Source of the DNA: Basidiobolus meristosporus CBS 931.73 | Taxonomy: Eukaryota; Fungi; Basidiobolomycota | Assembly (NCBI GenBank): GCA_002104905.1 | Contig: MCFE01000438.1 | Span: forward strand, 11,123-75,122 | Direction: 5' to 3' | DNA: 64,000 nucleotides | In this document: positions 49,391 to 63,363 of the stretch, one piece after another | Layout: each line of letters starts with the position of its first letter | How positions within the stretch are numbered: position 1 is the stretch's first letter | Notes under the pieces: generated by a model | The model's database searches: none | What the model was told of the DNA's origin: nothing | Seen by the model: the letters and a program-made list of their open reading frames with translations, nothing else | Translations under genes and position numbers: made by a program

Positions 49391-49400
49391 TATTGCATTA

Positions 49401-49747
49401 TGCTTTAAGAGTCTTGGAGATACTGAGAGTGATTGGGAGAACAAGTAGATTATGTGGTCTTTGCTCAATGATATACTGAATGTAAAGCAGTATTTATACT
49501 TTTGCCTGCTCTTGGGCATAACAAGCATGTAGAATATGTTTAGGAAGGTCCCAAGAACATGTGCACAAAGTTTGGGCTGTTTGGACAACTTCAAGAATTC
49601 TCATGTTCTAGGTACCTAGTAAATTGGTGAAATGTTACAAGTAAATTCTGACAAGGAATGTGGTCAGTATTCTCTGGGACTTGAAGGTTATGATATAAGT
49701 GGTTAAGTTAGATGAATATTTAGGTATAATTACAAATCTTTACAACA
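49401..49747 (-). mobile_element. LTR of Copia family A, inverted
   Basis: Reverse complement of the 18342-18669-type LTR. Confidence 0.8.
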
Positions 49748-50091
49748 CAAAAAAGTACTCTAGGCACCAGAAATAGCTAAGAACCCACTATCTGTGTAGC
49801 AAAACCATAGCAGAAGGACTTAGTTTCTGCTTTGACAATTCTGAATGCAGGATCACTGATTGAAATGGTGCACATATTGCTTTAAGTATCACAGATCAGA
49901 GTTTTTATACGTTAATTTATATTCCTGTCATATCTGGCAGCCAATATAAGTGACTTAAAACAAGAAACTCAAATGCTTTGGCACAGGAGATTTGGACACA
50001 TTAATTTTGATTATTTGCGCAAAATGATTAAAGATCAGCTAGTTTCTGGAGTAAAAATTGATCCCCCGCTAATGTGGGGCACTGTGAATCC

Positions 50092-53090
50092 TGTTTTAAA
50101 AATTGTAATTCCAACTAAATAATCACCTATCTTAGTCACTTAGATCCTTACCTTCAAATCCTAGAGAATACTGACCAAATTCCTTGTTGGGATTTACTTG
50201 GAGTATTTTCTCCAAAATACCAGGTACCCAGAACATGAAAATTCTCAAGGTTGTCCGAACAGCCCCAAACTTTGCACACATGCTCTTGGGCCTATCCTTG
50301 ACCTGTTCTACATGTTTTCAATGCCAAGACCATGTAAAATAAATATATACTACTTTTACATTCAATAAATCATTAAGTGAAAACCACATAATCTACTTGT
50401 TCTCCAAATCACTTCCAATATCTCCAAGACTCTTACAACAAATCCTGAATATAGGAAGCAAGCCAGATAGCTGTTCAAGAGCTCTGGGCTAATCAAAACT
50501 GAGAAAAAATTTGATCTAATTTGCTCAGGTCTGTGTGGACCTTTGCCAAATTGATCCTCAGGTGGGATCAAGTATTCTATCACTTTTGCTGATAATTTTA
50601 CAAGATAGACATGGGTCTACTTTATGGAGAGAGGAAGAAGCTTTACCCAGCTACCTACCAGTCATGTTCGGCTGCCAAGAAAATGAATCTGAGACGAAAA
50701 TTCTTAACTATAAAGATGCTGCCAGGAGAAGAAATGAAAAATCTAATTAACACAATTACCCTGCTGGTAGATGAGATGGAATCTGTGGGTGTACCAACTA
50801 ATGATGAGGATGTGATTGTTACCATCCTGAATAGCCTGACAGACAAGTCTCAGGGCCTTGTATCAGCCCTTGGGTCCAAAACTGAAGATTCGAACTTAAA
50901 TTATGTATATGGAAGGCTTTTGGATGAAGGATTAAGAAAATCAAGTGCCAATATGAAGGAAGAAGAAAATACTTTGATAAGCAATGATAACCAATATACA
51001 AGGTACCCAAGACCCTACAAAGGCAACAGCAACCTGTTTTGTAACTACTGCAAAAGGAAAGGATACACATCAGACGGGTGCTTCAAAAAGAAAGATAGTC
51101 AGCAGAAAAAGCCTGAATATGGAAATGCTGCAAGAACTGATGATAGACTATTCATATCTGCACTAAATATGACCACAAACAAGGATTCTCAGCCATGGTA
51201 TATTGACTCTAGAGCATCTCAACACTTTACACACCAAAAGAACTTTTACCCAATATTAAGAAATTCCACTTAAGAAGGTTTTCATTGGTGACAATCGAAC
51301 GCTTGATGCAGAGGGAGAAGGAACTATCCAAGTAAACCTAAGAAGCAGTGAAGGAAGCCATACACTGACCTTTATATTCATCATATTTGGAAGCCAATAT
51401 AAGTAACTTAAATGAAGAAGCACCAATGCTTTGGCACAGGAGATTTGGGCACATCAATTTTGACTATTTGTGCAAATGTTACAAGTCTTGGTATAAGAGT
51501 TGTAGAGGAATAGGGAGTTTAGCTAGTATTGTATTCACTAAAACTTGGACTGATCTTTATTGAGGTTCCAGCAGCTCCTTATGTACATTTTGCCAGATCA
51601 ATTGCTGACTAATTGTATTTCCTAATGTAGATTGTGACTGATGACTCATTTGATTGCATCATCATCACCCAATAAGATCCTACTTAGTATATCTATTTCT
51701 GTCTGATAAGGATCTGCTGATTCATTTGCTGACTAATGCTACTGATTTGATAGATAATACTCATAACATTCTCCCCTACTAAGGTTGAGAGGGTTCTCCT
51801 GAATCTCTTTTCTTGTGATACCAATATCTTGATGGTTCAGTATTATCAGCAAGTCTTGCAAACTTGAGTCTGTCCCTATGCACTAAGTCTTTCCTAGACT
51901 ATCATCCTAAGCCAGTCCAAGTATATCCAAGATATACCAAAGAAGTACCAAATTGAAGACTGTAAACTGGCAGCTGTCCTAAAGGAGACAAACCTTAACT
52001 TGGTCAAAACTCAACCAAATCAAGAGAGCTTGGTGCCATCTGAAAACCCTGGCTTTCCCTATCAATCTATGGTCAGATATCTGATGAATATCATGCTTAG
52101 AACACCTCCACATATCTCATATTTAGTGGGAGTTGTCAGCCAAAAAAATCAGAACTACGGATCTGATCATTTTGCAGCAGTTAAGCAGATTTATAGATAC
52201 CTAAAAGGAGCTGCTGATATTTGCTTAAGATACACTTATAAGGATTCAGAGTAAGATCTTGTGGGATACTCTGATGCTGATTGGGGACAAAATTTGGAAG
52301 ACAGAAGATCCACCACAGGATACACCTTTCTTTATTCTAAAGGAGCAATTTCATGGAATTCAAGAAAGCAACCAACTGCAGCACTTTCCACCACAGAGAC
52401 AGTGTAGATGGCAGCCTGTGAATCTACAACAGATGCAATGTGGTTGAGAAAGCTTTCACAGATTTAGGCCCATGTCAAAAAACGCCTATGACTTTATTTC
52501 AAGATAGTTGAGAATGTATAGAACTAGGTAGAAATCCAACTTTTCATGCTAGAACTAATCAGATAGATATTTGACATCATTTCATATGTGAAGCTATAGA
52601 AAATAACTTAGTTTGCTTAATTTACTGCCTTACAGATGAAATGATTGCAGACATATTTACCAAACCATTTACTAGAGACTAGTTTGAATCTCTTAGGTCA
52701 AAATTAAGACTAGTCAGTATGAGCATTTAGCTGAGTGGGAGTGTTCTAAAAAGTTGTAATTCCATCTAAATACTCACCCAACTTAGTCACTTAGATTGTT
52801 GCCTTCAAATCCTAGAGAACACTGACCAGATTCCTTGTTGGGATTTACTTTGAATATTTTCACCAAAATACCAAGTACCCAGAACATGAAAATTCTCAAA
52901 GTTGTGCAAACAGCCCCAAACTTTACACGCATGTTCTTGGATCCTTCTGTAACCTATTCTACAAGTTTGTAATGCCAAGTCCATGTAAAAATATAAATAC
53001 TACTTTTACATTCAATAAATCATTGAGTGAAAACCACATATTCTACTTGTTCTGCCAATCACTTCCAACATCTCCAAGACTCTTACAACA
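50092..53090 (+). mobile_element. Second Copia family A element nested in the first
   Basis: LTRs at 50092-50440 and 52742-53090; outer flanks AATCC/AATCC; gag with CNYC..KG...C knuckle (50650-51273); RT/RH end at 51880-52730; PPT GAGTGGGAG. Confidence 0.8.
51477..51860 (-). mobile_element. Truncated gypsy 3' LTR plus PPT and integrase tail
   Basis: Reverse complement of 63270-63731 with an internal LTR deletion. Confidence 0.82.
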
Positions 53091-56000
53091 AATCCTGAAT
53101 ATATAGAAAGCAAGCCAGATAGCTGTTCAAGAGCTCTGGGCTAATCAAAACTGAGAAAAAATTGGTCTAATTTGCTCAGGTCTGTGTGGACCTTTGCCAA
53201 ATTGATCCTCAGGTGGGATCAAGTATTCAATCACTTTTGCTGATAATCTTACAAGATAGACATGGGTCTACTTTATGGAGAGAAGAAGAAGCTTTGCCTA
53301 AGCTCAGAAGCTTAAAGGAATGGTGGAGAAAGAAACTGATAAAAAAATAAAGAAAATATGCTCAGATAATGGTGGAGAATATACCTCAAAACTCTTCATC
53401 CACCTCTGCATAGTTCATGGGATTAAGCAAGAGACTACTGTGCCATACTCCACACAGCTAAAATCAGTTGCAGAATACACTAACAGATCAATAACCTGTA
53501 TAGCAAGATCAATGATCTGTAATCATTAATATCTTATGATATTTGGGCCATATCAGTTGCCACAGCTCTATAACTTAAAGAAAGTAGTTAAAACAGAATA
53601 TTTATGTTTCCACTCTATTTGAAGCCTTTATGGATACAGACCAAGTGCAGAACATCTGTGGATATTTGGATGTACAGCATATGCTAAGAAACTGACTGGA
53701 AATCAGCCAACATTTGAGCTAAAAAGTGTAAAAGGCATATTTCTGGGCTAAAGAAATGAGAGTAAGACATACAGACTCTAAAAAACAAAAGCAAAGCAGC
53801 TGATCAAATCCAGGGATGTTTTGTTTGATGAAAAATCAAATTTTTCACAAAAAATGACATCAGATGATGATAAATATTGATCTCAAGTCCACCAGTAGTA
53901 AGGATTGAATCAGAGCAAAATAATGAAAGCTTTTTCACTCCAGAGGACTCCGCAACCGCAGTTCAGCCTAAACCAGCACCCATGAGTGTCCCAGAAGTGA
54001 TCATTCCTGTATCAAGTCCCAGGAGTTCTAACTGGACAAGAAATAGCCCAAATTGCCATATCAGTGAGGGTTCTAACTTAGCCTATGCTTATTCAATCCA
54101 TATTGATGAGCCCCAGACTATAACTGAGGCCCTAAATAGCTCTCAGAGAAATTTCTGGGGATCTGCACCAATTGTGGAATATTAGGCCCTGATGGAAAAC
54201 TAAACTTGAGACTTAGGCAAATTATCAATCAGCCAAATATCAATTGAATGCAGATGGGTTTTAAGACAAAATACAAGGGTGATAGTGCAATTAAAAGATA
54301 TAAAGCAAGACTTGTGGCCAAGGGATACTCTCAAGCCAACAAACTTGACTATACTGAGACCTTTGCACCAGTAGCCAAGTTTAATTCCATCAGATTGGTA
54401 TTGGCTATTGCAGCCAAATAAATGTTTTTTGCACATCAATTGGATGTGAAAACTGCATTTTTGAATGGAAAACATGAAGGGGCTTTGTTGACCAAGGTAA
54501 CCTTCATTTGGTCTGCAAGCCTAATAAGTCTCTATGTGGTCTCAAACAAGCACCAAGAGTCTGGAATTGCAAGATAGATTTTTATTTGGAATCTTTGAGT
54601 TTCTAAAGGAGTAATGCTGACTATAGCATATACTATAAGCCAGATACAGCAGATCCAGTTCTATTAGCTCTATGTGTGGATGGTCTTATTATAGCCATTA
54701 ACAACCTAGAAGCATTGGAAGAGACTAAGTCCAGCCAATCCAAAGAGGTCAAGATGTCCAATCTAGGAGAACTCAGTTACTACTTAGGGATAAAGTTTTC
54801 CACAGACAGGAGTACCTACACAATCACTCAAAGTCAATCCAAGTATATTCAAGATATACCAATGAAGTATCCAATGGAAGACTGTAAACTGGCAACTACC
54901 CCAATGGAGAAAAACCTTAACTTGGTCCAAACTCCACCAAATCACAAGAACTTGATGCCATCTGAAAGCCCTGACTTTCTTTATCAATCTACAATTGGCA
55001 GTCTGATGTATTTATTGCTTGGAACACGTCCAGATATCTCATATTCAGTAGGAATTGTCAGCCAGTATAGTCAGAACTATGGATCTGATCATATTGCAGT
55101 AGTAAAGCGGATTTTTAGACGCCTAAAAGGAGCTGCTGATATCTGCGTCAGATACACTTATAAGGATTCAGAACAAGATCTTGTGGGATACTCTGATGCT
55201 GATTGGGGACAAAATTTAGAGGACAGGAGATCCACCACAGGATACACCTTTCTTTATTGTTAAGTAGCAATTTCATGGAATTCAAGAAAGCAAGGCAGAG
55301 AATATGGCAGCCTGTGAAGCTACAAAAGAAGTAATATGATTAACAAAGCTTTTTACAGGCTTAGGCCTATGCCAAAAAATGGCTATTACTTTACTTCAAG
55401 ATAATCAAGGATGTACACAATTGGGTAGAAATATAACTTTTTAAGCTAGAACTAAGTACATAGATATTGGTCAGCATTTCATATGTGAAGCTATAGAGAA
55501 TAACTTAGCTAGTTTAGTCTAATGTCCTTCAGATGATATGATTGCAGAGATATCTACCAGACCATTAGCTAGCAACAAGTTTGAGTTTCTTAGGTCAAAA
55601 TTAGGACTAGTCTGTGTGGGCAATTAGCTAATTGAGAGTGTTTTAAGAGCTTGTCATTCCACCTAAATATTCAACTAACTTGGTTACCTAGATCATTACC
55701 TTCAAGTCCTAGAGAACACTGACCAGAGTCCTTGTTGGGATTTACTTTGAATATTTTCACCAAAATACCAGACACCCAGAGCATGAATATCCACAGAGTA
55801 GTCCAAACAGCCCCAAACTTTGTACACTTGTTCTTGTTGCAATTTAAGAAGTGATTTGGATATAAGGAACTTATCAAGAAATAGTGATAATAGTTGAACT
55901 GTTGTTTATTCATAAAGAAGCTCAGTATTTATACCTTTGTAGAAGTAATACAGCTGCAACACTAAGTAGGGAGGGTTTCTCAATATTCAGGAGCATTCTG

Positions 56001-59000
56001 TAACAGTTTCAGGGTTAGTACATAATGTTTGGTAATAGTGCTAATTTGATCCTGACTATAGGGGAATAATCATAAGATCATATATCTGAAGAAAGTGGCA
56101 AAGTTAAGGCAGTAAATGAGCCCTACAGTGACTAAGACTAGCCTAGAATTGTTAAGTAAATTTTTAGCTGCTGAATGATACCAAATAGTCCAATATTTCA
56201 ACACTCCCCCTCAACTAAATAATTTCTTAATCCCAATTTCTCTCTAAGGATCTCAAACTGTGGCCTAGCTAGTGGTTTTGTCAATATGTCGGCCACCATT
56301 TTGTCAGTTGGGCAGTAAACCAGCTCCACTAAGTTATTTTCTACAGCTTACCTCACAAAGTGATGCTGTATATCAATGTGCTTAGTTCTGGCATGATTAG
56401 TAGGATTTCTAGCTAATGAAATACAACTTTGATTATCCTTGTAAATACATGTTGGTTCACCTGAATTAAAACCTAAGTCTTTGAATAATTTTTGTAGCCA
56501 TATAGCCTCCTTAGTTGCTTGACATGCAGCCATATATTTGGCTTCAGTTGTAGATAGTGCTACAGTTGGTTGTTTCTTGCAATTCCAAGTAATAGCTGCA
56601 CCAGCATAAAGAAATACATAGCCTGTGGTAGAGCGTCTGTCAATCAAATCCCTACCCCAATCTGAATCACTATAACCATCAAATTTTCGCCTATTTGCTG
56701 CTCCAGGGTATTCCAGTACCATATTTATGGTACCTTGTAGATATCTGAAAATCCGCTTAACTGCTGCAATTTGATCTGATCCATAGTTCTGCATGAATTG
56801 ACTGACTATTCCAACTGCTACTGCAATATCTGGATGTGTAGACACCATTAAGTACATTAGGCTACCAACCATTGATTGATAGGGAAAGTTTTGGTCCATA
56901 TTTGAGCTGTTTTCATCTATAACTGGCTGAGATTTGCTTAATTTCAGGTTATTGTCCATAGGGGTTGCTGCAGGTTTGCAATTTTCCATTTTGAAGCGTC
57001 TAAGAATGTCCCTGATGTACTTAGACTGATTCAGCACAATATTCTGCGTAGGTATGTCAAATTTGACCTCAATTCCAAGAAAATAGCTCAATTTTCCAAG
57101 ATCTTTCATCTCAAACTTGCTGAAGAGATCTGATTTTGTCTGTTTAAGTGCCTCTTGATCACTTGTAGCTATAATCAGGTCGTCCACATAAAGAACTAGG
57201 ATGATCACACCCTTTTTGAGCTGTTTCACATATATACTGAGATCTGCAGTGCTACGAGAGAACCCAATTTCCTCTAGATATGTGTCAATCTTGTTATACC
57301 ATGCTCTGGGTGCCTGCTTAAGCCCATACAACAATTTTCTAAGTTTGCACACCTTATGGGGGCTTTTTGGATCGGTAAAACCTTCTGGTTGCTCCATATA
57401 TATAGTTTCTTGCAAATCCCCATTTAGAAAGGCTATTTTGACGTCCATTTGGTGTAGATCTAGACTGTGTACAGCTGCCAGGGCTAGAACTGTCATAATA
57501 GAGTTAAACTTGGCAACTGAAGCAAATGTTTCCTTAAAGTCTAGTCCCTGGATCTGGGAATAGCCTTTAGCTACCAATCTAGCCTTGTACTTATCAACGG
57601 CACCATTTGAGGTTATCTTGATCTTGTAGACCCATCTACATCCTATTGGCTTTCTCCCATTTGGTAAATCTACCAGTTCCCACGTTTTTGCCTTGATCAG
57701 TGATTGGTACTCCTCCTGCATGGCTTGTTGCCACTTAGTAGCATCTGGACCTTGCATTGCCTGTTCCAGATTCTGAGGTTCGGCACATAAGGCAAGATAA
57801 GCTTCTTCATGATCATTGGATGTCTGCCACCAGGATCCAGGGGCATTTCTTATTCTGGTAGATCTCCTAACTGGGATAATCTGTTCTGATCTGGAACTGG
57901 TAGAAGTATCTTCCATCTCTGGCTGGATTTGGTACGTATCTTCTTCATTTGTGTTGATTGCATCATCAGGCAGCTGGCCAATGATTTCTGTGGCTTTCTG
58001 ATCTGAATTTTCCTCAAATACAACGTCCCTGCTCTTGATCAGCTTCTGAATTTTGCCATCATACACTCTATACCATTTCGTATCTTCACAATACCCAAGA
58101 AAGATCCCTTTTCTACTCTTTGGTTCCAACTTTGAGCATTTTTTGTCAGGGATGTGATAAAAAACATCACTGCCAAAGATCCTGAGGAGCTGGAGATCTG
58201 GTTTTTTGCCTGTATATGCTTCAAAGGGTGTAGAATCACGTAGTGCTGTTGTTGGGCATCTGTTCTTGATGTATACAGCGGTAGCAAAAGATTCAGCCCA
58301 AAACTTGTAGTCCATTCCCTTATCATGTAGCATAGATCTTCCCATCTATACTATTGTTCTGTTTGCACGTTCTGCTACTCCATTTTGCTGTGGAGTATGA
58401 GGAACTGTGGTCTGTTGAAGTATACCAGTAGACAAGCAGTGTTTTGCAAACTCCTTTGAGCAGTATTCTCCTCCATTGTCACTTCGTAGTACCTTCAATT
58501 TACACCCAGTTTGTGTTTCTGCCATGTTCTTGAAGTGCTTAAACGTCTCTAAAGCTTCATCCTTTGTTTTGAGGAAGTACACCCATGTATATCTTGTCTT
58601 GTAATCAACAAACATCATAAAGTATCTCTTGGCTCCAAAGGACAGTGTTCTCATGGGGCCACATATGTCTGAGTGTACAATAGCCAATATTTCGGTGGTA
58701 TTGATGCCTTCTGAGCTCTTGAAACGTTGCCTAGCTTGTTTGCCATATGAACATCCCTTACAAACATTCAATTTGATTGGAATTGAGTATTTTTGTTATG
58801 ATCTGCCGCTTGAATGTTTAAGTTAGATCAGTTTTTAGTCAAATCAGTTAGTATATGTTTAGGTTATCAGTACATCAGTATTATCTATGAAATCAGTAGC
58901 ATTAGTCAGCAAATGAATCAGCAGATCCTTATCAGACAGAAATAGATATATTAAGTAGGATCCTATTGGGTGATGATGATGCAATCAAATGAGTCATCAG

Positions 59001-59161
59001 CCACAACCTACATTAGGAAATACAATTAGTCAGCAATTGATCTGGCAAAATGTATATAAGGAGCTGCTGGAACCTCAATAAAAATCAGTTCAAGTTTTAG
59101 TGAATACAATACTAGCTAAACTCCCTATTCCTCTACAACTCTTATACCAAGACTTGTAACA

Positions 59162-59174
59162 TTGGTAGCAGCGA
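59162..59174 (+). promoter_or_regulatory. Primer-binding site of gypsy element
   Basis: TTGGTAGCAGCGA immediately after the 5' LTR. Confidence 0.8.
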
Positions 59175-59219
59175 TAACCAGAAACCTCCCTCCTGAAGAA
59201 AGAAGAAACCACCCTCAAG

Positions 59220-62200
59220 ATGTCGGACAATCAAGAATGGAAGAATGCCATGCAGCAAATCCTGGCCCAACAGCAACAGCTACTCCAGATCCTCAGCCAA
59301 CAGCAACAAGGAATGACTACCATGGCTCAGAGCCAGCAAAGCCCTGTCAAGAGCAACTTTAGTGTGAAGGTCAACCGGTACCATGGCAGAGTCAATGAAA
59401 ACCTGGGAACTTGGCTCTTTCAGATTGAAGAAGCTTTTAAAGCTAAAGGAATTGCTCCAGAGAGCAAGTTGCATTATGCAGCTTCTTACCTGGCAGATGC
59501 AGCTTTACAGTGGTACCACAACAAGATCAGGTCAGCTACTATGATGGGATGCTCTACAATCTCTACCTGGGATGAGTTTGTGTCGGAAATTCAGGATGCT
59601 TTTGAACCTCCACACCAGCAGACACTACTAAGAAGGAAGTTAAAGACACTCAGACAGAAAGGAATGGTGCAAGAATACATCTATGAGTACAGATGTCTAC
59701 TTGGACAAATTGAAAGAATGGACCCCTTGGATCAAGTTGAATACTTTATTGATGGGTTGAAAGAAAGAACTCGCAAGGAAGTCAATTACCAAAGACCTCA
59801 GACTATTGAAGAAGCCATCAAGATTGCCATTGACTATGACTCAGCTATGTTTGGAGTTGGGAAGCCTACAGTGACTAGTCAGAAAGGCTATAATCATTAT
59901 GAAAGAAGACAATCAGAAGCAGTACCAATGGAAATAGACGCTATGCAGAAGAATCCCTCCTCAGAAGAATGCAAGAAGAGAGGACTTTGTTTCAATTGCC
60001 ACCAGCAGGGACATATTGCAAAGTACTGCCCTCAGAGAAGAAATGGACACCAGCCAACAAGAACCTTCAACCATATTGAGTCCCATGAACACAATAATGA
60101 GGAAGATGAGCTTGAAGAAGACTCGGAACTCACCTTCCATATGACAGAAGAGTACTTGTCCCAAATGACTTCAAACTCAGGGAAGTTATTGTACCTGAAT
60201 GGAGCAATCAATGGAGTACCTGCCAAGATCATGATTGACTCAGGAGCATCGCATGAGTACAAGTCAGAGCAATTTGCTTTGAAAGCTGGAATCAACTCGG
60301 AACCTACCAAATCAACTTCAGTCTCCACAGCTGATGGGAACTCCCACATAATCAACCGTATTACCCAGCCAGTAAGAATGAAGATCAATGACTATGAAGA
60401 AGACCTACAGGCTTATATATTTGGGAACTGCAAGTTTGACCTTGTACTTGGGAAAACCTGGCTATTTTGTCGTAATCCATCAATCAACTGGAGAACCCAT
60501 GCTACTCAGATCCAAAAAGACAACAAGACCTATGAGCTATTACCTGCCAGGCTGGATTTCAACTTGGTCAATTCCAGTGTGTGTGAGACAAGTGAACTTA
60601 GCAAGACCCAGTTCTGTAGAGCACTTAGAAAAGGTACCCAGATGTTCCTCATGGCGGTATTACAGGAGGATTCCTCTATCCCAGCACCCCAGCAGGTCCA
60701 GACTCTCTTGAAGAAATATTCAGACGTGTTTCCAGATGAGCTTGTAAGCCTACCACCAGTCAGAGACGTGGATCATGCCATTGACACAGGAGATAGCCCT
60801 CCAGTGAGCAAGACACCTTACAGAATGAGTCCATTGGAATTGGAGGAAATGAAGAAACAAATTGATCAGCTATTGGAGCAAGGATACATCAGGCCCAGCA
60901 AGTCACCTTGGGGAGCACCAGTGCTTTTTGTGAAAAAGAAGGATGGAACACTTAGGATGTGCATTGACTACAGAGCCCTGAACTCAGTTACCGTCAAGAA
61001 TAAGTACCCCATACCTTGGATTGATGAGCTTTTGGACCAACTTAATGGAGCCACTATTTTCAGCAAGATTGACCTCATGTCAGGATACAACCAGATTAGG
61101 GAGAAACCAGAAGATATCCCTAAGACAGCATTCAGGACCAGATATGGACATTACGAGTACTTAGTCATGAGTTTTGGCCTCACTAATGCCCCTGCAACAT
61201 TCATGACGCTGATGCAGACTGTCTTTCAGGAGTACTTAGACAAGTTTGTGATAATCTACCTGGATGATATATTGATATACAGCAAGACAGAAAAGGATCA
61301 CATGGTGCACATTGAAAAGGTCTTGAAGAAACTAAGAGAGAACAAGCTATATGGCAAGCTAGCCAAGTGTGAATTCTTCAAGGAACACGTAGAATATCTG
61401 GGACACATAGTGACTAGCACAGGAGTAACCTTAGACCCCAAGAAGGTGGAAGTAATCAAGAATTTGAAGCAGCCCCATAGCATATCAGAACTCAGATCCT
61501 TCCTTGGAATGGTTTCCTATTATCGGAGATTTGTCAAGTCATTTGCAAGTATTGCAGCCCCTTTAACTGATATCCTCAAGAAAGACAATACCTACAAGTG
61601 GGACATAGCTTGTGAGACTGCCTTCCAGACGCTAAAGAATGAACTTGCTAAGTTGCCAAGCTTAAGAATACCAGACTTCAGAAAAGAGTTCACTCTATGC
61701 ACAGATGCTTCAGATTACGCAATTGGTGGAGTGCTGAGCCAAGAACACGAGGGAAAGGACTACCCTGTTGCCTTTGAATCCAAGAAACTGAACTCAGCAG
61801 AACAAAACTATCCAGTCCATGAGAAGGAGATGCTTGCTATAATACACTGTTTGAAGACATGGAGATGCTATATTGAAGGAGTCAAATGCACTGTGAAGAC
61901 TGATCATGCCTCCCTCAAGTATATATTTACTCAGAAGGTACTCTCTAGAAGAATGACAAGATGGAGTGAATACATTCAGCAATTTGACCTGGAGATTGTC
62001 TACTGCCCTGGAAAAAACAACACGGTTGCTGATGCCTTATCAAGATTAGATCAAGTTGCACAACTCAACTTGGTGCATGAATCAGATTGGCCTAGCCTAT
62101 TACCAAAGTACTTGGAGGACCAAGCCATTCCTAATGAGGTGGATGAAGATATCAAGAAGATAATCCGGGATGAAGCCAGCAAATTTGTTGTACAGGATGA

Positions 62201-63353
62201 AACACTCTACCGAATTGTTGATGGAAGCCCTATTGCCTATTGTCCTTATGTTGCTCGCCTGGATTTAATACATAAGCTACACAATGGATATGGACATCTT
62301 GGGATTGAAGGAACCTATAGCCTTGTGAAAGCCAGAGCATGGTGGCCCAGAATGAAACAAGATATTGAGAAGCTAGTGAAAACATGCCCAAACTGCCAAA
62401 TCAATCAGGGCCAGCCACAAAGAATTGCCGAACTCTTCCCTTTGGAGCCTGTCAGACCATTTGAGAGATGGGGAATTGACTTTATTGGAAGACTGCCAAC
62501 TACCAGGAAATGTAACCGTTGGATCCTAGTAGCAATTGACCATGCCACTAAATGGCCAGTTGCTAAAGCTGTACCAATAGCCAGTGAACAAGAAGTTGCA
62601 AGTTTCATTTACCATGAGATCCTGATGAAGTTTGGATGCCCTGTGGAGATCTTATCCAATAGAGGTGCAAACTTTATGGCAAAGACATTAGAGGCTTACC
62701 TGGAAATGCAGCAGATCAGACACTTGAAAACCTCGGCATATCACCCCAGAACTAATGGAGTCACTGAGCGGTTTAATGGATTATTTGGAAAAATGCTGAC
62801 CAAGTATGCAAATGGAGTTGTCAGTAGATGGGATGAGTATATAGACCAAGCACTCTTTGCATGCAGAGTCAGAGTACACAACACCACCCAGCAATCACCA
62901 TTTTACTTAGTTTATGGATGTGAACCAAGGATTCCAGGAGATCTCACACAACCAAAGCTTACAGACACCTTAGAAGATGAACTCAGTCAGCCAAGTAGAC
63001 ACCAGCAACTGGAACAAAGACGTCAAGAGGCACAGACCAAAGTATCTCAAAGTGCAGAAAAGATGAAGCAGAGATTTGATAAGACTATAGCACCAGAAGC
63101 ATTGACAGTTGGGAACTTTGTATTGCTAAGAAACAACACTCGGAAGAAGTTTGAGCCACAATGGACAGGACCATTCAAGATCATCAGAGAATGTCCATTT
63201 GCAACTTACCAACTGGTGGACAAACTAGGCAATATCCGGGAAGACTTAGTGCATAGGGACAGACTCAAGCTTGCAAGACTTGCTGATAATACTGAACCAT
63301 CAAGATATTGGTATCACAAGAAAAGAGATTCAGGAGAACCCTCTCAACTTTAG
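59220..63353 (+). CDS. Gag-Pol polyprotein (single ORF: gag, Zn knuckle, PR, RT, RNaseH, IN; no chromodomain seen)
   Basis: 1377-aa ORF with [44 protein letters not shown]...CPNC, WGIDFIG and TNGVTERFN. Confidence 0.96.
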   Translation: MSDNQEWKNAMQQILAQQQQLLQILSQQQQGMTTMAQSQQSPVKSNFSVKVNRYHGRVNENLGTWLFQIEEAFKAKGIAPESKLHYAASYLADAALQWYHNKIRSATMMGCSTISTWDEFVSEIQDAFEPPHQQTLLRRKLKTLRQKGMVQEYIYEYRCLLGQIERMDPLDQVEYFIDGLKERTRKEVNYQRPQTIEEAIKIAIDYDSAMFGVGKPTVTSQKGYNHYERRQSEAVPMEIDAMQKNPSSEECKKRGLCFNCHQQGHIAKYCPQRRNGHQPTRTFNHIESHEHNNEEDELEEDSELTFHMTEEYLSQMTSNSGKLLYLNGAINGVPAKIMIDSGASHEYKSEQFALKAGINSEPTKSTSVSTADGNSHIINRITQPVRMKINDYEEDLQAYIFGNCKFDLVLGKTWLFCRNPSINWRTHATQIQKDNKTYELLPARLDFNLVNSSVCETSELSKTQFCRALRKGTQMFLMAVLQEDSSIPAPQQVQTLLKKYSDVFPDELVSLPPVRDVDHAIDTGDSPPVSKTPYRMSPLELEEMKKQIDQLLEQGYIRPSKSPWGAPVLFVKKKDGTLRMCIDYRALNSVTVKNKYPIPWIDELLDQLNGATIFSKIDLMSGYNQIREKPEDIPKTAFRTRYGHYEYLVMSFGLTNAPATFMTLMQTVFQEYLDKFVIIYLDDILIYSKTEKDHMVHIEKVLKKLRENKLYGKLAKCEFFKEHVEYLGHIVTSTGVTLDPKKVEVIKNLKQPHSISELRSFLGMVSYYRRFVKSFASIAAPLTDILKKDNTYKWDIACETAFQTLKNELAKLPSLRIPDFRKEFTLCTDASDYAIGGVLSQEHEGKDYPVAFESKKLNSAEQNYPVHEKEMLAIIHCLKTWRCYIEGVKCTVKTDHASLKYIFTQKVLSRRMTRWSEYIQQFDLEIVYCPGKNNTVADALSRLDQVAQLNLVHESDWPSLLPKYLEDQAIPNEVDEDIKKIIRDEASKFVVQDETLYRIVDGSPIAYCPYVARLDLIHKLHNGYGHLGIEGTYSLVKARAWWPRMKQDIEKLVKTCPNCQINQGQPQRIAELFPLEPVRPFERWGIDFIGRLPTTRKCNRWILVAIDHATKWPVAKAVPIASEQEVASFIYHEILMKFGCPVEILSNRGANFMAKTLEAYLEMQQIRHLKTSAYHPRTNGVTERFNGLFGKMLTKYANGVVSRWDEYIDQALFACRVRVHNTTQQSPFYLVYGCEPRIPGDLTQPKLTDTLEDELSQPSRHQQLEQRRQEAQTKVSQSAEKMKQRFDKTIAPEALTVGNFVLLRNNTRKKFEPQWTGPFKIIRECPFATYQLVDKLGNIREDLVHRDRLKLARLADNTEPSRYWYHKKRDSGEPSQL

Positions 63354-63363
63354 TAGGGGAGAA
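63351..63363 (+). promoter_or_regulatory. Polypurine tract of gypsy element
   Basis: TAGTAGGGGAGAA immediately before the 3' LTR. Confidence 0.85.

Larger units (their letters stand above)
49750..55834 (+). mobile_element. Degenerate Copia family A element (PR-IN-RT-RH plus partial 3' LTR 55639-55834), host of further insertions
   Basis: Pre-integrase WHRRFGH (~49980), integrase 53091-53850, RT 54180-55263, RNaseH to ~55610, PPT, then an LTR start interrupted at 55834. Confidence 0.82.

Noticed and set aside
17000-58000. Neurospora-type RIP as the cause of transposon decay
   Set aside because: Changes between copies are concentrated at CpG in all 5' contexts rather than CpA, which fits methylation-deamination better.
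63200-63353. Chromodomain at the gypsy integrase C-terminus
   Set aside because: The ORF ends shortly after the GPF/W module with no chromodomain-like aromatic pattern.
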